The notes beneath the pieces are model-generated. The model was not told where the DNA came from and ran no database searches. It worked only from the letters and a program-made list of their open reading frames with translations. The translations under genes and the position numbers were made by a program. A stretch of 64,000 nt of DNA, from positions 74,957 to 138,956 of the forward strand of contig JAVCDE010000033.1 of assembly GCA_030765185.1 (NCBI GenBank), written 5' to 3'. This DNA is from Candidatus Aceula meridiana (GTDB lineage Bacteria; Omnitrophota; Gorgyraeia; Zapsychrales; Aceulaceae). Below, one piece after another: positions 60,250 to 64,000 of this stretch. How positions within the stretch are numbered: position 1 is the first letter of the stretch; each line of letters opens with the position of its first letter.

Positions 60250-61172
60250 AATGCTGTGACCGCACTTTCTGTGATTTCAATATTTGGAAAATCCGAATCG
60301 ATTGCTATGTTTATCCCAAAAGGAAGCAAAAGATGCGATTGAGCAATATCAGACGTATGCCCTGATGGAAAATTGTATAAGATCGGGTAGATGCTGTCCT
60401 CAAAAAACTCTTTGATAACTTGGATAAACTCCCCCTCGCTATCAAAACAATTTGTCATGCGCCCCCAGATCATTCCTCGAATTTTATCTAGTTTCTTATT
60501 TGCTTTCAACCTATTTAATCCCGATACAATTACATCAGCAGACTCGCTGATTTCTTCTAAAAATAATATTTTATTTTCAGTATCAATTTCATAGGGAGTC
60601 CCTATCGACTCTAAAATAAGCGAGAGGTTTCCCCCGACAAGCGGCCCGGACGCCTTTCCTGTGCGAAGAACCCTTAAATGCTTAGACACGGTTTTACCAA
60701 AAGGCTTGTCACTTCCTAAAAGACGGTTAAAAGAATCGATTGTCTCAGGATTCATGCCTTTAAAAAATTCTCCTGAGACAACAGGCCCATGAAAAACAAC
60801 CATATCCGCTGCCCAATGAAGAAAAAGCAGCAGAATGGTAATATCACTGTAGCCTATGAAAATTTTGGGGTTTTTCTTAATGACTTCAAGGTCAACAAAC
60901 GAAATAATCTCTTGAGAACCATATCCGCCTTTTGCGCAAAGAATCACTTTAATTTCCGGATCAGCAAACATGCGGTTTATTTGCTTACCTCGCTGCTTGT
61001 TATGACCCGTCTTTGACCAGCATTTATTAAAAATACTTTTTTCGTATTTAACCTTATACCCTAAGGCTCTGAGGACTTTGATTCCCTTTTTAAAATTCTC
61101 TTTGTCGAAAGAACTCGCAGGGGCCACAATCCCGATAGTATCCCCAGATTGAAGTTTTGCTGGCTTTTTCAT
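60246..61172 (-). CDS. S66 family LD-carboxypeptidase (LdcA/MccF-like)
   Basis: APAS, GGYG, GYSDIT (Ser), HGP, GGNL, FLEE (Glu), PSGH (His). Confidence 0.92.
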   Translation of the reverse strand: MKKPAKLQSGDTIGIVAPASSFDKENFKKGIKVLRALGYKVKYEKSIFNKCWSKTGHNKQRGKQINRMFADPEIKVILCAKGGYGSQEIISFVDLEVIKKNPKIFIGYSDITILLLFLHWAADMVVFHGPVVSGEFFKGMNPETIDSFNRLLGSDKPFGKTVSKHLRVLRTGKASGPLVGGNLSLILESIGTPYEIDTENKILFLEEISESADVIVSGLNRLKANKKLDKIRGMIWGRMTNCFDSEGEFIQVIKEFFEDSIYPILYNFPSGHTSDIAQSHLLLPFGINIAIDSDFPNIEITESAVTAL

Positions 61173-61363
61173 AAATGAAAATATTCCTCTCTTTAAAATA
61201 TATGTTATTTTATCATACGGCTGAAATAAATTCTAAAAATTAAATAAGATTTAATTTTATGTCGCTTTAAGCGATATAAAATTGTTAATCACATTTGCCC
61301 TAGAAGTGTTTTTCAACGACGCGGGACTTTGCCGTTCGAATCCTTGGCGAAAGGTTTCCTCTC

Positions 61364-61419
61364 CTAACTCATTGCTATAAAACAAAAAGGCACACAGCCT
61401 TATGAGCTATATGCCAAAT
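61364..61419. repeat. 56-bp direct repeat, copy B
   Basis: 48/56 ungapped identity with 31848-31903. Confidence 0.8.
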
Positions 61420-61444
61420 TTGTGCCAAGAACTGCGCCAATAAG

Positions 61445-61636
61445 CTACCCTTTACCTCCTCAAGAACCCCCACCTTGTTCATCTCCTCCTTCTGAAAATC
61501 ATACTAAAATATCTTGCTTCATCGTGCATGTGCCCGATACTTTTTCACCCCTGTGGCCTGAAAAGCTACAGCTATCTCCTTCGCGCTTTGCGCTACAATC
61601 CTTAAGAACCTCCTGAGGCGACCCGCCCCTTCCTTG
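61445..61636 (-). pseudogene. Relic of a small Cys-rich exported domain
   Basis: Minus-strand frame QGRGGSPQEVLKDCSAKREGDSCSFSGHRGEKVSGTCTMKQDILV*FSEGGDEQGGGS*GGKG*. No start codon, two internal TGA. Confidence 0.5.
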
Positions 61637-61812
61637 GCAAAAAGTTTGTGCCAGGTATTCTAACCTTTAATTCATGAAAGTGTTGGTGATTTGAAAAATA
61701 ATTACAATCACCTGCCCATTCGCTCTTCATGATTATGGCATTATGACTTGACGTTTCGCTCCTTTACCGCTATTAATAATAAAATAAACAATGATTTTAT
61801 CTTTTAAAAAAT

Positions 61813-62856
61813 ATGAAAACTACAATACAAAATCAAGAGGATGATAAATTGACCCTCATCCGAGAATTTCCCAAAAAAGCATGGGGCATCGGCGCGCTAC
61901 TAACCACTTCTCTTGCTTGCAATATTACCGCATTGCTGGTTCCCTTTATGAACGTAAAAACTTTCTTACACCACCAGCAGTTTTACAGCCTTCCAAACTC
62001 CGTGCACTTAATGATTGAATCTAAGCTATATATCATCGCAGCCCTTATTGTGGCCTTTTCGATGGTATTTCCATTTGTTAAACTAGCCCTGCTAACGGTA
62101 ATTCTCTTCTTTCTCCCTAAGCCCACAATAAGAAAACGATGGCTTAAACGGCTTCGCCCGTTAGGAAAATGGTCATTCTTAGATATCTTTGTTGTTAGCA
62201 TTATTTTAATTTTAACAAACGCCCAATTTTTTATTAGCGCTAAACCGCTAATCGGAATATATTTTTTTATATTCGCAATTGCCCTAAGCATGCTGTCCGC
62301 CTCTGCCATGGAACATCTCGTTGAGCGCCCGCCTATCATAACCAATACCGAAAACCGTACTTCGTTAGCGCAAATACAATCACCCGAACGCTTGCTTGTG
62401 CCCCTTCTGTGGGGCCTATCCTTGATTATATTTTGTGTGGCGGTGGAATCATCATTTATCAAAGTTAATCAATTTATGCTTGCTAAGCACGCCTATAGCA
62501 TCCTTGGCGCGGTAACAAGCTTGTGGAACAACCACAATTATGCAATAGGGACAGTATTAGCTATCGCCTTAATAGGGATGCCGCTTTTAAGTTTTTTTCT
62601 CTTTGCTTTTATTTGGATTAAACCCCTTAATCGTAGGCAACGGTGGTGCTGGCATCAGCATCTTAAGACATTGACAAGCTTGAGCATGCTCGATGTCTTT
62701 GGCTTAGCCCTTTTTGTTTTCCTATTTGAAGGACAAGACCTCGTTAAGACTGAAATTAAAGCAGGACTTTTTTTCCTTATTGTCAGTGTCGCAATCACTT
62801 TCCTAGCATTTTTAGTGCTGACGAAAATCAGTCAAAAATATTTAGACTGGGACTAA
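61813..62856 (+). CDS. pqiA: Paraquat-inducible protein A family membrane protein (two PqiA repeats)
   Basis: FS.VFP..KL, GKWSFLDIFVV, second repeat SMLDVF. Confidence 0.82.
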   Translation: MKTTIQNQEDDKLTLIREFPKKAWGIGALLTTSLACNITALLVPFMNVKTFLHHQQFYSLPNSVHLMIESKLYIIAALIVAFSMVFPFVKLALLTVILFFLPKPTIRKRWLKRLRPLGKWSFLDIFVVSIILILTNAQFFISAKPLIGIYFFIFAIALSMLSASAMEHLVERPPIITNTENRTSLAQIQSPERLLVPLLWGLSLIIFCVAVESSFIKVNQFMLAKHAYSILGAVTSLWNNHNYAIGTVLAIALIGMPLLSFFLFAFIWIKPLNRRQRWCWHQHLKTLTSLSMLDVFGLALFVFLFEGQDLVKTEIKAGLFFLIVSVAITFLAFLVLTKISQKYLDWD

Positions 62857-62996
62857 GGGAGAGATTTTCCAAATGTTTTTTGTGCCAGGGGTCTCAAGGC
62901 TGATGCCAGGCGTGAAACACCATAGTATCAATGAGCCAGTTTAAGAACAAACTTCTAACGAATATTTATACTTTAGCATTTGTGCCAACTTCTCAT

Positions 62997-63034
62997 ACAA
63001 AAGGCGCTTACCCTAAAAAGAGTAAGCGCCTTGT
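62997..63034 (-). terminator. Intrinsic terminator after tRNA-Asp
   Basis: Perfect 11-bp stem AAGGCGCTTAC/GTAAGCGCCTT with T-tract on the minus strand. Confidence 0.75.
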
Positions 63035-63040
63035 ACTATA

Positions 63041-63118
63041 TGGCGGACCCGACGAGATTCGAACTCGCGATCTTCAGATCGACAATCTGACATGTTAACC
63101 AAGCTACACCACGGATCC
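63041..63118 (-). tRNA. tRNA-Asp(GTC)
   Basis: Cloverleaf GGATCCG...CGGGTCC-GCCA, anticodon arm TCAGA-TTGTCGA-TCTGA, TTCGAAT loop. Confidence 0.96.
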
Positions 63119-63149
63119 ATATATTTCAAAAAGAACAATAATTGCAAAA

Positions 63150-63226
63150 TGGTGGGCAATGGAGGACTCGAACCCCCGACCCTCTGAATGTAAATCAGAT
63201 GCTCTAACCAACTGAGCTAATCGCCC
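63150..63226 (-). tRNA. tRNA-Val(TAC)
   Basis: GGGCGAT...ATTGCCC-ACCA, anticodon arm TCTGA-TTTACAT-TCAGA. Confidence 0.96.
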
Positions 63227-63263
63227 AATAGAAAACGTATATTACAATAAAAAGAAATCTCTG

Positions 63264-63719
63264 TCAACCGACGATTTTGCCAATAGCCATCATTGTAAAG
63301 ACCATAACAAAAAGCGCTACTGTCTCAATAATTCCTAAAACAATAAGATAATTTCCAAAGCCTTTTCCGGTCTCTCCCATTGCATCAGCTGCAGCTGCAC
63401 CGGCTTTTCCCTGCATCCAAGCAGACATTCCCATGGCCATACCACTAAAAATACCGGCTCCCCATAGGTAGCTTCCCTGTTGCACAGCAGCTACAATATT
63501 GTTCATAACAATCATGCCGTAAATAGTTTGAGAAAGCGGCGCGCCAACAAAAACAGTTAGAATAAAAGGCGCAGCCTTGCTTTGAGCAAAACATTTTTTC
63601 CAGGCGCCTACGGCAGCCATGCCAGCAGCACCGGTTCCCAGGGCGGAGCCTACAGCAGCCAAAGCTAATGCCGCAGCAGCCCCTAAATCTTGAAATTGCG
63701 CAAGAACACTATTTTCCAT
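63264..63719 (-). CDS. V/A-type ATP synthase subunit K (4-TM proteolipid)
   Basis: GSALG.G.AG, PLSQTIYG, WMQG, GIIETVALF. Confidence 0.92.
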   Translation of the reverse strand: MENSVLAQFQDLGAAAALALAAVGSALGTGAAGMAAVGAWKKCFAQSKAAPFILTVFVGAPLSQTIYGMIVMNNIVAAVQQGSYLWGAGIFSGMAMGMSAWMQGKAGAAAADAMGETGKGFGNYLIVLGIIETVALFVMVFTMMAIGKIVG

Positions 63720-63734
63720 TTCTTCCTCCCTTAA

Positions 63735-64000
63735 TTATGCCTTTTTTGTTTTTTTAAACGGATTATACGCTATCCCTGACCACTCCATATTAAGATGGCT
63801 TGAAAATTCTAAAACATTTAATCGTATGCCATGGACCAAGATTGCCATAGCGCCTAAAGTGATATTAAGAAGATGTCCAAGAACTAAAATAAGCGCTGTC
63901 GCAAGTCCTGTTGCAACATTGCCAAAACCAATTTCTAAAGCCATCTGATTAAAAGCGTCAGCAACAGCCACAGTTGCTAGCCCTACGGCAAACAAACGAA
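63735..64000 (-). CDS. V/A-type ATP synthase subunit I, C-terminal part (5' end outside window)
   Basis: RLFAVGLA, GH.LN, VHGIRLN.LEF, W.G..Y.PF. Confidence 0.92.
   Translation of the reverse strand, partial: RLFAVGLATVAVADAFNQMALEIGFGNVATGLATALILVLGHLLNITLGAMAILVHGIRLNVLEFSSHLNMEWSGIAYNPFKKTKKA

Noticed and set aside
61325-61352. tRNA fragment (att core) around GTTCGAATCC
   Set aside because: Flanks do not form a T-stem and do not match the tRNA-Asp or tRNA-Val 3' ends
61412-61428. sigma54 promoter TGGCAC-N5-TGGC on the minus strand
   Set aside because: Imperfect -12 box, and other TGGCAC copies have the wrong spacing; better explained as part of the repeat family
61422-61616. Plus-strand 64-aa ORF in the track
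   Set aside because: Shadow of the minus-strand Cys-rich relic; no RBS
1014-62462. Many 60-160 aa ORFs antisense to or nested within long genes (e.g. 8561-8971, 12793-13194, 54251-54613, 61983-62462)
   Set aside because: They overlap well-supported genes and show no motifs; treated as shadow ORFs
1-64000. CRISPR array, rRNA, integrase, transposase or prophage
   Set aside because: No regularly spaced repeats or corresponding genes were seen by eye

Overview
Bacterial chromosome segment, AT-rich and almost entirely coded on the minus strand. It is most likely Candidatus Omnitrophota; this is inferred from gene content and a GGIDL-type C-terminal motif, not verified by a search. About 1-31.8 kb is housekeeping-like: sugar-binding lipoprotein, GH94 phosphorylase, two PilZ proteins, mnmE-folC-purH, rpsU (not in the ORF track), a KamA plus ATP-grasp pair preceded by an unannotated 19-aa leader ORF and terminator, a Nramp/MgtE-N Mg transporter pair, nth, nnrE, era, pfkB, and pabB/pabC-like genes. 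About 31.8-61.4 kb is a 29.5-kb block bracketed by a 56-bp direct repeat. It carries a TetR-headed alpha-glucan/trehalose operon (glgE, treS-pep2, glgB, treZ, GH57, treY, malQ), ion/osmotic membrane genes and an ATP-grasp plus S66 peptidase pair. The window ends with a gene relic, an orphan pqiA, tRNA-Asp, tRNA-Val and V/A-type ATPase subunits K and I. Several intergenic gaps hold MITE-like or structured elements. No CRISPR array, rRNA, integrase or transposase was seen.
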